Source: an uncultured Gemmatimonadales bacterium
Lineage (GTDB): Bacteria > Gemmatimonadota > Gemmatimonadetes > Gemmatimonadales > GWC2-71-9
Length of the DNA: 64,000 nucleotides
Assembly: GCA_963739455.1 (NCBI GenBank)
Contig: CAVUAK010000001.1
Location: 832,001-896,000 of the forward strand
Direction of reading: 5' to 3'
Part shown: piece by piece, positions 11,882-21,251 of the stretch
Layout: each line of letters begins with the position of its first letter
Position numbering within the stretch: position 1 is the first letter of the stretch
Program-made: the position numbers and the translations under genes
The notes under the pieces: generated by a model
What the model was told of the DNA's origin: nothing
The model's database searches: none
What the model saw: the letters and a program-made list of their open reading frames with translations, nothing else

Positions 11882-12598
11882 GCCTGGTCTCCCGGCCGCG
11901 CATCGCGCGGCGTGATCTGCACGACGCCGGCCGCTCCCGCGCCGCCGTCGAACTGGACGTGATACTCGCACGCGGTGCACCCGGCGAGGATGTGTGCCTT
12001 CCGGTCCACCGCTGCCGACAGCACCTCCTCGAGGAACCGCCGCTCGGCAACACAGATTTCCGGATAGCGCTCCGCCACCGCCTGGATGGCGCAGTTGTGT
12101 TCCTTGAGCGTTGCCCCATCCCGGCCCGACGCCTGCCACTCGGCCATGTAGCCCTCGTCCGCCAGCGCGCGCGTGACGATCTCCATCCGATGCTCTGGCG
12201 GCTCACCCACCAGTCGTCTCCCGGAGGCGCGCTGCCAGCGCCTCGAAGCGGCCCTCGAGCATCGCCACAGCCCCCGCGCGACCCTCCCGCGCAGCCACCT
12301 GGTCCAGCAGTTGGGTCAGGGTCTCTTCGTACCGCCGCGGAAACAGCGACTCGCTCGAGGCCGAGAGCCGGTACGCGAACACCGGTGCGCCCACACCCCG
12401 ATGCTGGCGCTCGTACACCACCAGCTGCTCGAGCTCGAGTTCCTTGAGGTGGTGGCGCACCGCGTTCAGTGACAACCCGACGTGCCCCGCCAATTCCCTG
12501 GCCGTGAGCTGCCCGGCCCGCTTGAGCGCCATGAGCATCTCGCTCCTGGGACCACGCTGCCCGAAGGGCGGGGAAGACTGTGCGAGGGGTGCCGACAT
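11878..12598 (-). CDS. sufR: SufR-type HTH transcriptional regulator with C-terminal Cys cluster (frameshift near 12205)
   Basis: TARELAGHVGLSLNAVRHHLKEL, GVGAP, FPRRY, EHNCAI...EICVAE...GCTACEY; first gene of the suf operon. Confidence 0.85.
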
Positions 12599-12606
12599 AG
12601 GGGGAA

Positions 12607-12635
12607 AAGATCCCCCCATTCCGCACAAATGTCAA
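12607..12635 (-). promoter_or_regulatory. suf operon promoter, probably leaderless
   Basis: TTGACA(12635-12630)-17 nt-GATCTT(12612-12607), 8 nt before ATG 12598. Confidence 0.65.
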
Positions 12636-12764
12636 TTCACATCAATATTATGGCACAAACTCGATTTCATGATGGGTAGCACTTACAACTACTAATGCTC
12701 CTGGTGTTCCTTGCTCCCTGCTCCCTCTTCCCGCAGTTCAGTTCAGTATTACCATCCCGACCCT

Positions 12765-14167
12765 ATGATTCGCGCCCTGTTTCTGACCCTCGTTGTCGCC
12801 TCATCAGCCTCCCGGGCGCTCGCCCAGGCACCTGGCCAGGCGGGCATGGCGCCAGACACGGTCAACTCCACCCAGCCTGACACGGTCCGCTGGCCCGCCT
12901 ACCAGGAGCCTCGCCCCCAGGTGGCACGTGCCTTCGCCGGCCTCGTCATCGTCAACGGCGCCGCCGTCGCGATCAACAACCTCGCCCGTGACCTCCCGAG
13001 CACCCGGCCCTCGACCTGGTGGCGCAACCTCCGCGGCGGCTGGAACTGGGATGGCAACAACATCAGCACGAACAACATCGAGCACCCCTATGGCGGCGCC
13101 GTGTACTTCAACATCGCCCGGTCCAACGGGCTCTCCTTCTGGGCCTCGGCACCGGTCACGGTCGCCGGCAGCCTCATGTGGGAGTTGTTCGGCGAGCCGG
13201 TGCCGCCTTCCCTGAACGACGTCATCGTCACCAGCCTGAGCGGCATCACGCTCGGCGAGGCCACGCGACGGCTCTCGATGCTGGTGCTCGACAACCATGC
13301 CCATGGCATCGATCGTGTCTGGCGCGAAACGGCCGTGCTCTTCTTCAACCCCGGCATGGGACTCGACCGATTGTCGCGTGGCCAGACCTGGCACCAGCGG
13401 GCCAACCCGCCCGATCGCCGGCCCGAGAACCTCCGGGCGATCTCGCCGTCGGTGCGCGCCGCCTGACCCTGCCCGTGCTCGGCACCTCACCCACCCGCAT
13501 GAACGTCGCCGTCGCCACCTTCGACCTGCAGTACGGCGATCCGTTCGACGGAACCCGCGTGCATCCCTTCTCTTCATTCACGTTCAGCACCGAACTCGCC
13601 AGTGGGCCCAGCACCACCGTCACCGAGCTCGGCACCCGCGGCATGCTGGCGGCGCTCGGGCGCCGCGAAGGCCCCACCCGCCACGTGTCGGGTGTCTTCA
13701 TGGACTTCGAGTACCAGTGGAACGAGGCCTTCCAGTTTTCGCAGCAGAGCTTCGGCATCGGGTTGCTGTCACGCACCGGCAGCAGCGCCTGGCGGCTCAA
13801 CACCGACCTCAGCGCCGAGCTGCTGCCGCTGGTGGCCAGTTCCGATCCCTACGCCGAGGAAACGCGTCAGCCGGATGTACGACTATGGCGCTGGCGTGGG
13901 GGGCGGGCCTTCGCGCAGCTCGAGTACCATCGTTTCCGGGTGCTCTCGGCGGGCTATCGGGCGTTCTGGACCGCCACCGTCAACGGCGCATCACAGTCCA
14001 AGCTGATCCAGTTCGGCACCGTCGAGGCGCGCGCACCGCTGCCCTTCGGCTTGTCGGCCGGCGCCGCGTACAACATGTACCTGCAGCGCAGCACCTACGC
14101 CGCGCGCTCCACGGCGAACGTGTCCCTGCCACAGATGACGATATTCCTCTCAACCTCGGGCCGCTGA
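12765..14167 (+). CDS. Secreted DUF3943-like protein, probably with an outer-membrane beta-rich C-terminus (frameshift near 13440)
   Basis: Signal peptide; WNWDGNNISTNNIEHPYGGAVYFNIARSNG, GSLMWE..GE...PSLND, G.TLGE motifs; alternating beta-strand pattern downstream. Confidence 0.75.
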
Positions 14168-14201
14168 GCTTACCTTACGTCATGTCCCTCGAGGAGACGG
14201 T

Positions 14202-14519
14202 ATGCTGCCCCTGATGATTGCGCTTGCCACCGCTGCCGTGCCCATGGCGCGCGGCGAGATCTTTGGTGACCTCCGCCTTGGCGACAAGTACGTCGCCGAT
14301 GTGAAGCTCCAGCTCACCTGCGGCGCCGAGAGCGTCGAGGGAACCACCGACAAGTCAGGCTCGTTCCGGCTCACGGTGAAGGGAAGCGGGAAGTGCCAGC
14401 TGAAGGTCACCTACGACAAGCAGACCCCGTCCATCGACGTCGTGCTCTTCGACCAGCCGGCGCGCTACCGGTTCCAGATCGAGCAAGCCGACGGGAAGTA
14501 CGTCCTCAAGCGGGTGTAG
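14202..14519 (+). CDS. Small secreted hypothetical protein (beta-rich, two Cys)
   Basis: GAGGAG SD; signal-like N-terminus; TTDKSGSFRL resembles a transthyretin/carboxypeptidase-regulatory-like domain. Confidence 0.8.
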   Translation: MLPLMIALATAAVPMARGEIFGDLRLGDKYVADVKLQLTCGAESVEGTTDKSGSFRLTVKGSGKCQLKVTYDKQTPSIDVVLFDQPARYRFQIEQADGKYVLKRV

Positions 14520-14522
14520 CGC

Positions 14523-15422
14523 ATGGCCGACGAAGAGATGACGATCGTCAAGGACGACAAGGACCGGTGGGACAAGCTCGCCATCATCCTTGCGCCCGTC
14601 GGCGGGCTTCTTACCGCGCTGGCCGTGGCGAGCCTCGGCATCTTCGGCTCGCGCGCGCTCGACCAGCGGCAGAGCAGCGAGGCCAAGCTTCGCCTCTATT
14701 CGGAGCTGATGAGCAAGCGCGAAGAGTCGGAAGCGACGCTGCGGAAGGAGATGTTCCAGTCCATCATCGGGTCATTCTTCGACGCGCAGTCCACCTCGCT
14801 CGAAGCCAAGCTCCTGAAGATGGAGCTCCTCGCCCAGAATTTTCACGAGGCACTCAACCTCACTCCGTTGTTCCAGCACATGCGTCGCGAGATCGGGGCC
14901 GCGCCCATCGCGCCTTCGCTGAAACGGCAATACGAGGGACGGCTCAGCGAGCTCGCCCGGGAAATCACCCGCAAGCAGATGATCGTGCTCGAATCCGGCG
15001 GCCAGCGCTTCGACTGGACCGTGCTGATGAGCGACAGCCTCATCAACGGCACCAAGACGGAGACGCTGGAAGACGTCGAGCTCACCCTCGATAACGTCAA
15101 GCGCCGCTTCCGCGTCACCCTCTATCAAGTCGACACCGTCTCGCGGGAAATCCGTCTCGGCCTAGAGATCGCGACGCCCCCGCAGCCTGACGTCTCCCCG
15201 ACGGAGACGGGACGCTTTGCGGTGGAATTTTCGGTGGGATTCTTCAGCACGCCCATGATCGACAACACCCGGCTCTCCAACGACCAGCGCGTCGCCATGG
15301 TGCTGACCAACTTGAACAACGCCGGCGCGGGCCTGAGCCTGGTCTACTTCCCCGGCTCTCGCGCCAGTCTCAGGGAAAAGCCGTACTACGAGGAAATCCT
15401 CCGGAAACTCGCGGGCCAGTAG
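14523..15422 (+). CDS. Membrane-anchored hypothetical protein
   Basis: 299-aa ORF with high GC3; single N-terminal TM then helical segment; 3 nt after the upstream stop. Confidence 0.85.
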   Translation: MADEEMTIVKDDKDRWDKLAIILAPVGGLLTALAVASLGIFGSRALDQRQSSEAKLRLYSELMSKREESEATLRKEMFQSIIGSFFDAQSTSLEAKLLKMELLAQNFHEALNLTPLFQHMRREIGAAPIAPSLKRQYEGRLSELAREITRKQMIVLESGGQRFDWTVLMSDSLINGTKTETLEDVELTLDNVKRRFRVTLYQVDTVSREIRLGLEIATPPQPDVSPTETGRFAVEFSVGFFSTPMIDNTRLSNDQRVAMVLTNLNNAGAGLSLVYFPGSRASLREKPYYEEILRKLAGQ

Positions 15423-15439
15423 GGCCCGCGCTGTCGCAG

Positions 15440-16153
15440 TTACGGTTGTAACACCGTAATCCTCACCTCATCGAACTGTTTCGCCTGCATCACGCCCCCG
15501 GCGGCATACGCGGGGTCCACAGTTCCCAGCCGCAGCCGCTGCACCTGCACACCCACATCACACTGCTCGCCGGGATTGAGCGGTGGCAGCAGGTCGGGCT
15601 CGATCAGCACGGTAGCCGTCCCCGGATCACCGACGACCGTCGCGGTCTGCACCGTGCCGGCACCGGGCCGGGTGCACGCGATGCTGCGCAAGATGACCTG
15701 CATCTGGTCCGCAGTTCCTGACGGAGCCCAGGTTACCTCGAGGTTGTTGCCCGCCGTTGCGATGATGCCGTCCTGTGGGGCGGTGAGGACGAGTGGTTCC
15801 GGCATCGTCACTTGCGAGCTCGGCGCGTTGCCCCCGTCGGAGCGCCGCAGCGCGATGGTGATCGTGGTTCCCGGATCCAGCTGCGTCAGGCTCGCGGCGT
15901 AGTAGCCAGACCCCAGGGGGCTGAGACTCCATCGCATCGGCTTTTCCTGTCCAGCAGCCGATACACTGAGCACGTCGCTGTCCGGCAGCCGCACGCTTGC
16001 AAATTGATCCGCCGAGAACTGACCGATCACGAACGTGATGGTGTTTGGCGCCGCCGAGACACTGAAATCGGGAACCAGCTGCGACGTAGGGGTCGACCCA
16101 CCGGTGCCGTCAGAACAGGCGGCCACGCCCGCTGCCAACATCACTGTCGGCAT
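15440..16153 (-). CDS. Hypothetical lipoprotein (start uncertain)
   Basis: MPTVMLAAGVAAC lipobox; Ig-like beta-rich body; the upstream part of the 473-aa ORF is the antisense shadow of def. Confidence 0.7.
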   Translation of the reverse strand: MPTVMLAAGVAACSDGTGGSTPTSQLVPDFSVSAAPNTITFVIGQFSADQFASVRLPDSDVLSVSAAGQEKPMRWSLSPLGSGYYAASLTQLDPGTTITIALRRSDGGNAPSSQVTMPEPLVLTAPQDGIIATAGNNLEVTWAPSGTADQMQVILRSIACTRPGAGTVQTATVVGDPGTATVLIEPDLLPPLNPGEQCDVGVQVQRLRLGTVDPAYAAGGVMQAKQFDEVRITVLQP

Positions 16154-16238
16154 TGCCGCCAGCAGTCTAAACCGCCGTATCTCATTGATACATAATGTTT
16201 TATAGGCTGACGAATCTCTGGAGGTGATGCAAGGGCAG

Positions 16239-16267
16239 TTGACAGTTCGCCCTGCGGGACCGACCTT
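16239..16267 (+). promoter_or_regulatory. def promoter, probably leaderless
   Basis: TTGACA-17 nt-GACCTT, 6 nt before ATG 16274. Confidence 0.65.
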
Positions 16268-16273
16268 GGCTCC

Positions 16274-16840
16274 ATGGCCGTCCGTCGAATTCGCCTTCTC
16301 GGCGATCCTGTGCTGCGTGAACGCTGCGAAATGATCGCCAACCCACAATCGGCGGCGATCCGGGTCGTGGTGGACGACCTCGCCGACACCCTGCACGACT
16401 GGCAGTCGCGTCACGGCTGCGGTCGTGGCGTCGCGGCTCCGCAGATCGGCGCACCGCTCCGCCTCGTCTACATCGAGATGGACCAGCCCTGGGTACTCGT
16501 CAATCCGGAGATCGTCGACATCGGTGACGAGGACTTCACCGTGTGGGATGATTGCTTCTCGTATCCCAACCTGCTGGTGCGCGTACTGCGATCGTACCGC
16601 ATCCGGGTGCGCTACCACGACCTTCGCGGCAAGGCGCACGAAGCCGAGTTCGAGGGCGACCGCGCCGAACTGCTGCAGCACGAAATCGATCATCTCGACG
16701 GGGTACTCACCGTAGATCGCCCGCATGGACTCGATCCCTTCTGTCTCAGGGAAGAATGGAATCGGCTCTATTCTACCGCGGACCGATACGGTGAACCGGA
16801 GTTGCGCTCCGCCCCCTACGCGGCGCCGGTGCTGTACTGA
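16274..16840 (+). CDS. def: Peptide deformylase with variant motif 2
   Basis: GDPVLR, GRGVAAPQIG, DDCFS (canonical EGCLS), QHEIDHLDG. Confidence 0.9.
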   Translation: MAVRRIRLLGDPVLRERCEMIANPQSAAIRVVVDDLADTLHDWQSRHGCGRGVAAPQIGAPLRLVYIEMDQPWVLVNPEIVDIGDEDFTVWDDCFSYPNLLVRVLRSYRIRVRYHDLRGKAHEAEFEGDRAELLQHEIDHLDGVLTVDRPHGLDPFCLREEWNRLYSTADRYGEPELRSAPYAAPVLY

Positions 16841-16865
16841 AGCACGGCGGCACCGCACCACCCTC

Positions 16866-18953
16866 CTAGAACCAGCGGAACACCCGGACCATCAGCGCCT
16901 CCTGGCCGCCGGTGGCCCAGCCATAGCCTACCTTCACCGGACCGAGCGGCGTCAGTGCGCCAATACCAAGACGGATCCCCCCGAGCCAGGAATCGCCGGC
17001 GAAGAAGTGATCCTCCTCGCTGATGCTGCCCGCGCCGAGATCGAACTGCAGCTCGAGCGGGCCCACAAGGCGATACCAGAACTCGCCCTGGCCCGACAGC
17101 TCCATGCTCCCGCGAAGCTGCGCCGGCTTGATTCCAGGAAATCCGTAAGCGCCGCCAAGGGCGAAGGTGAGCTGCAGCGGCAGGTCAGAGCCGACGCCCG
17201 CCCGGAGCAGTGAGCGGATTCCGTATCTCGGTGTGCTCCACGGCAGCTGTACCTGCAGGAACGCCCTGCTGTAGGATGACGTGTAGCTGGCCTCCAGCAG
17301 CACCTGACTGGCGTCGAAGCCGAGGAAACGCTGCGCCCGCACCGTGCCACCCGCCGCTGAGCCGTCTGGAACGTCCGGCTCATACCACAGCCGGCCTTCC
17401 GCCCCGAACGCCACGATCCATCCGTCGCCCAGGCTGCGCTCGACGCCCAGGAACCCGGTCAGGTCTCGCGTGTCGATCGACGGTAGCTCGGTGCCGGCCT
17501 CGGTGTATACCGGGATCCGCTCCAGTCCGCCGTTGATCGTGAGCGCCGGTGCCAGTGTGTGCCACCGGTAACGGAAATTCTTGCGCACGCCGAGCAGCAC
17601 CTCGTCTCGAAGGCCACCCACCTGGACCCGCATGCTCGTTTCGAGTCCGATCCCGAATGCATCGCGCAGCAGCACGCCCATCCACGCCGCGCCGCCCATG
17701 ACGTTGTCGTAGGCCACGGCCCCGGCGGCGTAGAAGCGCGGCGCCGGCCGCACCACCGGCGTGAAGGAGACGCTGTCACCGTAGCCGCTCGGGTAGAGCC
17801 ACACCGCATCCACCCGCGACGATTGCACCAGACGGTTCGTACGCTTCGACAGCAGTGCGTAGGGGATCGAGTCCCCGGCGATCAGGCCCAGGTCGGCCAG
17901 CACGCCGATCGCGGGGTCTCGCTGGCCCTTGAGCGCGGCGTCCTTCTCGCTCGCGAGGGAGATGTCCGCCACGTAGCGCGGCATGACCGGGACTCGGCGC
18001 CCGGTGTTGTTGAGGGGGTTGAGGCAGGACACCTGCTGGAACACCGAGTCGGCCGTCTTCACGCCCAGGTTCAGGATCGCATCCGCCTTTTCGGGTGCGA
18101 AGTCGAGCGTGCCGAAGCCCTGCACCGGGAAGAGCACGTGAATGTCATCGGGACCGAGCTCACCCATCGGCTGGTCCGCGAGGTAGTCGAGCAGGCGCGC
18201 CGCCACGGCGGCGCCCGAGAGGAGCGGGACGGTGTCGGACTGCGGGATGCTCACGTCCGACACGATCACGCGCACCGCGCCGAGCTCTCGTGCAATTCCC
18301 ACCGGAACATTGGCCACCAGCCCGCCATCGGCCAGGTAGCTGCCGTCCATGTGGATGGGCGTGAATACCAGCGGGATCGAGATGCTCGCGCGGACCGCGC
18401 GGGGCAGGTCACCGCTTCCAATCACCACAGGCTTGTGGGTGCGCAGGTCGGTTGCCACGGCCCGGAACGGAATCGGGAGCGAGTCGAAGTTGCCCCGCGA
18501 GCCGATGTTGCCGAGCATCAGCTTCTGCTCCAGCAGAGCGTTCACGTCCCGCTCGTTGAGCGCACCGGTCTGCAGCCCCGACACGCCCTCGCCCTCGACA
18601 AACGCCACCATTGGCTGCCGCGTGCCCAGGGAACGCGGCGTCACCGGGTCGAAGGTGTGGATGAGCGCGCCGCCCGGCGCGTGCCGGACGATCGAGTCGA
18701 TCTGCTTGCCCGTGTAGCCGGCGGCATACATGGCACCTACCACCGACCCCATGCTCGTCCCCACGATGAGGTCGGGCACGATACCGAGCGAGTCGAGGAT
18801 CTTGAGCACCCCGATGTGCGCCAGGCCCTTGGCCCCGCCACCCGAGAGCACCAGCGCCGTCCTGGCTGGCGCGCAGCTCCCGATCTGGGCGTACGCGGAG
18901 CGAACCGCGAATCCCGCGAGCAGCGCGGCGGTGGCAAGGAAGCGAAGAAACAT
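16866..18953 (-). CDS. Patatin-like phospholipase with probable C-terminal OM beta-barrel (PlpD-like)
   Basis: Signal peptide, [17 protein letters not shown]-terminal [11 protein letters not shown] and terminal Phe. Confidence 0.88.
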   Translation of the reverse strand: MFLRFLATAALLAGFAVRSAYAQIGSCAPARTALVLSGGGAKGLAHIGVLKILDSLGIVPDLIVGTSMGSVVGAMYAAGYTGKQIDSIVRHAPGGALIHTFDPVTPRSLGTRQPMVAFVEGEGVSGLQTGALNERDVNALLEQKLMLGNIGSRGNFDSLPIPFRAVATDLRTHKPVVIGSGDLPRAVRASISIPLVFTPIHMDGSYLADGGLVANVPVGIARELGAVRVIVSDVSIPQSDTVPLLSGAAVAARLLDYLADQPMGELGPDDIHVLFPVQGFGTLDFAPEKADAILNLGVKTADSVFQQVSCLNPLNNTGRRVPVMPRYVADISLASEKDAALKGQRDPAIGVLADLGLIAGDSIPYALLSKRTNRLVQSSRVDAVWLYPSGYGDSVSFTPVVRPAPRFYAAGAVAYDNVMGGAAWMGVLLRDAFGIGLETSMRVQVGGLRDEVLLGVRKNFRYRWHTLAPALTINGGLERIPVYTEAGTELPSIDTRDLTGFLGVERSLGDGWIVAFGAEGRLWYEPDVPDGSAAGGTVRAQRFLGFDASQVLLEASYTSSYSRAFLQVQLPWSTPRYGIRSLLRAGVGSDLPLQLTFALGGAYGFPGIKPAQLRGSMELSGQGEFWYRLVGPLELQFDLGAGSISEEDHFFAGDSWLGGIRLGIGALTPLGPVKVGYGWATGGQEALMVRVFRWF

Positions 18954-19073
18954 GGGAGCCGTAACTTAGTCCGCGACCCGGCGGCCCGCGGCCCCCTTGC
19001 GCCCGTTCCGGCGCACTTCTATACCTATGGCCATCGCGCCGCGACTGCGGCGACCCCCGAATGGAGAAGGCGA

Positions 19074-19337
19074 ATGACGTATGTGATCACCGAAGCCTGC
19101 ATCGGCGTGAAGGACCGAGCCTGTGTGGATGTCTGTCCCGTGGACTGCATCTACGAAAGCGAGGACCAGCTCTACATCCACCCCGATGAGTGCATCGATT
19201 GCGGCGCCTGTGAACCGGAGTGCCCGGTGTCAGCCATCTTCCCCGAGGAAGACGTGCCCGACAACATGCAGGCGTACATCGAGAAGAACAAAGTCGTGTT
19301 CGACAGCGATACGCCGCCGGGACGGCCGAAGCGCTAA
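19074..19337 (+). CDS. Dicluster ferredoxin
   Basis: [26 protein letters not shown]...[23 protein letters not shown]. Confidence 0.96.
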   Translation: MTYVITEACIGVKDRACVDVCPVDCIYESEDQLYIHPDECIDCGACEPECPVSAIFPEEDVPDNMQAYIEKNKVVFDSDTPPGRPKR

Positions 19338-19362
19338 GGCGTGAGGACGTGAGGCAGCAAAT

Positions 19363-19393
19363 AAAGGGGCGGCCCATGTGGGACCGCCCCTTT
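19363..19393. terminator. Probable bidirectional intrinsic terminator
   Basis: AAAGGGGCGG-cccatgtggga-CCGCCCCTTT. Confidence 0.8.
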
Positions 19394-19414
19394 GTCGTTC
19401 GCGCTGTTCGCCCC

Positions 19415-19438
19415 CTTCACGTCTTCACGTCTTCACGT
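19415..19438. repeat. Octamer tandem repeat CTTCACGT x3, with inverted copies GTGAGGAC near 19341-19355
   Basis: Seen directly; same family as 2997-3028. Confidence 0.8.
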
Positions 19439-19440
19439 CT

Positions 19441-19556
19441 TGAAGGGGGGGAGACCCGCGGGGCCGTACAAGCTGGCCGCGACCCCGGGGCCTTGGGGAG
19501 AAGCACCACCAACTGAAGACGGGGCCGATTAAAGAGAAGTTCAGCGCGACCGTCTT
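19441..19556 (-). ncRNA. Candidate small regulatory RNA
   Basis: ECF-like promoter just upstream; 5' hairpin AAGACGG/CCGTCTT with CU-rich loop; second GC hairpin; no credible ORF. Confidence 0.5.
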
Positions 19557-19561
19557 GGATA

Positions 19562-19589
19562 TAGACGCCCGGGAGGCCCGAAAGGTTTC
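19562..19589 (-). promoter_or_regulatory. ECF sigma-type promoter
   Basis: GAAACC-16 nt-CGTCTA (AAC/CGT motif typical of ECF promoters). Confidence 0.6.
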
Positions 19590-19605
19590 GTGTGGTGGAT
19601 GACGG

Positions 19606-20823
19606 TCAGGGCAGGGCAGGCAGTGACTTGAGGAAATCCTGGAGTAGCGCATTCACCACCGCCGGTGCTTCGAGCGGCGGCAGGTGGCCGGTATTGGGTA
19701 CCACCTCGAGGCGTGCTCCGGGCACCGCCGAAGCCATCGCACGAGCCATCTCCACCGGGGTCATCACATCATCCTCACCCACCACGATCATGGTGGGCAG
19801 GTCGTCCAGCGTGGCCAGCAGCGCCGTCGAATCACTCCGGTCGCGCATGGCCGCGAGGGCTCCTGCAATGCCCGCAACAGGGGCCGCCAGCATCATCCCC
19901 CGCACCCGCTCGACCACGTGCGGCATCGAGCGCGACGCACCCGGTGCCAGCATGCGGGGCAGCATCTGCTCCGCGATCGCCGCCGCGCCCTGCTCCCGTG
20001 CCAGTGAGGCCTGCTGGTCGCGGGCCCGGCGCACGTCGGGGGCGTCAGCATCGGCGCGCGTATCGAACAGCACCAGCGCCCGCACCCGTTCGCGATGCCG
20101 GCGCAGGAACTCGAAGGCGACATACCCGCCCATCGAAAGCCCCACCAGCACCACCTCGTCCACCTGCAGCGCTTCGAGCAGTGCCGCCAGGTCGTCGGCA
20201 TAGGTGGGCATGCTGTACCCCAGGTCCGGGGCATCCGACAGGCCCAGCCCCCGGAGATCCGGCGCAATGAGGCGGTGTCCCTCGAGGCCACCCAGTTGCG
20301 GCGCCCACAGGGTGCGATCGAGTGGATAGCCATGGACCAGCAGGACAGCGGGCCCATCGCCCCGTACCTCGACCGCGAGACTCACCCCGTTCACGGTCAT
20401 CCGCTGCACCCCGGCCGGCTCCAGGGCGCGCGTCGTGAGGAACTGGCCCAGGTCGGCCGGGACCGGCGTCGGCCGGCCACTCCGATCGATGCACACAAAG
20501 ACAAACTCGGCGGTGGCGATGAGCCGGTCGTCCCCCACCCGGCGGGCCGTCTGCCGCATCGTGAAGCTGGTCCGGCCGTGGTGGGTCAGGGCCTGGTGAA
20601 AGCGGAGCACATCCCCGGGAAAGGCCGGGGCGTGATAGTCGATGGCCGTCTTCCGCACCGCCGGCCAGACACCCTGTGCCGTGAACACGTCCATCCCCGG
20701 ACCACGCGCGAGCATCTCCCAGCGCGCCCGCTCGAACAGGCTCAGGAACGACGCCTGGTTCAGGTGGCCGAAGGCGTCACATTCGTCGGGGTAGACCGTG
20801 AGGTCGATTTCTTGGGCGGTCAT
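19606..20823 (-). CDS. Fusion of hot-dog acyl-CoA thioesterase and alpha/beta hydrolase
   Basis: N-terminal CDAFGHLNQASF..FERAR (4HBT/YbgC-like); C-terminal HGYP, PDLRG.G, GLSMGG, GEDD, GHL. Confidence 0.88.
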   Translation of the reverse strand: MTAQEIDLTVYPDECDAFGHLNQASFLSLFERARWEMLARGPGMDVFTAQGVWPAVRKTAIDYHAPAFPGDVLRFHQALTHHGRTSFTMRQTARRVGDDRLIATAEFVFVCIDRSGRPTPVPADLGQFLTTRALEPAGVQRMTVNGVSLAVEVRGDGPAVLLVHGYPLDRTLWAPQLGGLEGHRLIAPDLRGLGLSDAPDLGYSMPTYADDLAALLEALQVDEVVLVGLSMGGYVAFEFLRRHRERVRALVLFDTRADADAPDVRRARDQQASLAREQGAAAIAEQMLPRMLAPGASRSMPHVVERVRGMMLAAPVAGIAGALAAMRDRSDSTALLATLDDLPTMIVVGEDDVMTPVEMARAMASAVPGARLEVVPNTGHLPPLEAPAVVNALLQDFLKSLPALP

Positions 20824-20866
20824 GGCTGGAAGTTACGTCCCGGTGTTGGACACGGCGAGCAGACGC

Positions 20867-20897
20867 CTTAACTCTTAACTCTCAACTCTCCAACTCT
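20867..20897. repeat. Heptamer tandem repeat AACTCYY
   Basis: cttaactcttaactctcaactctccaactct. Confidence 0.75.
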
Positions 20898-20904
20898 GGA
20901 CCCC

Positions 20905-21078
20905 ATGAAGCCACCCACCGACTATATCCGCCACGCCGCCCGGCTCGCGCGAAAGCTCCAGCTCGATGCCGCGATGGGAGGTACACCGCAACCCGACGCC
21001 GAATTCTTCAAGGCGCTGAGCAAGGCGCTGGACGAGGTCGCCGCCGGGCTGGAAATGGTCTCCCAGCGGGAGCGATAG
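20905..21078 (+). CDS. Small hypothetical protein (57 aa, below the ORF-track cutoff)
   Basis: MKPPTDYIRHAARLARKLQLDAAMGGTPQPDAEFFKALSKALDEVAAGLEMVSQRER; high GC3; two amphipathic helices. Confidence 0.65.
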   Translation: MKPPTDYIRHAARLARKLQLDAAMGGTPQPDAEFFKALSKALDEVAAGLEMVSQRER

Positions 21079-21251
21079 GCCCGCTCCCGTTGCTGTTCCC
21101 GATCCCTTTTGCCCACTATTGTAGATACAGCATCACGTCACTGACGCAACACCATCGCAACACTGCCGCCTAGAAACCGTCTCACGTTCCCGTTCTAACC
21201 ATTTGAAGCGCACAGGGTTGCGATACAGAGGCGCCTAGCCCAGTTTTCGGC

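Noticed and set aside
19441..19600. 6S RNA, SRP RNA or tRNA identity for the structured spacer
   Set aside because: No cloverleaf, no SRP GGAA/AGCAG domain and no long 6S-like rod with central bubble that I can recognise; kept only as an unclassified sRNA candidate.
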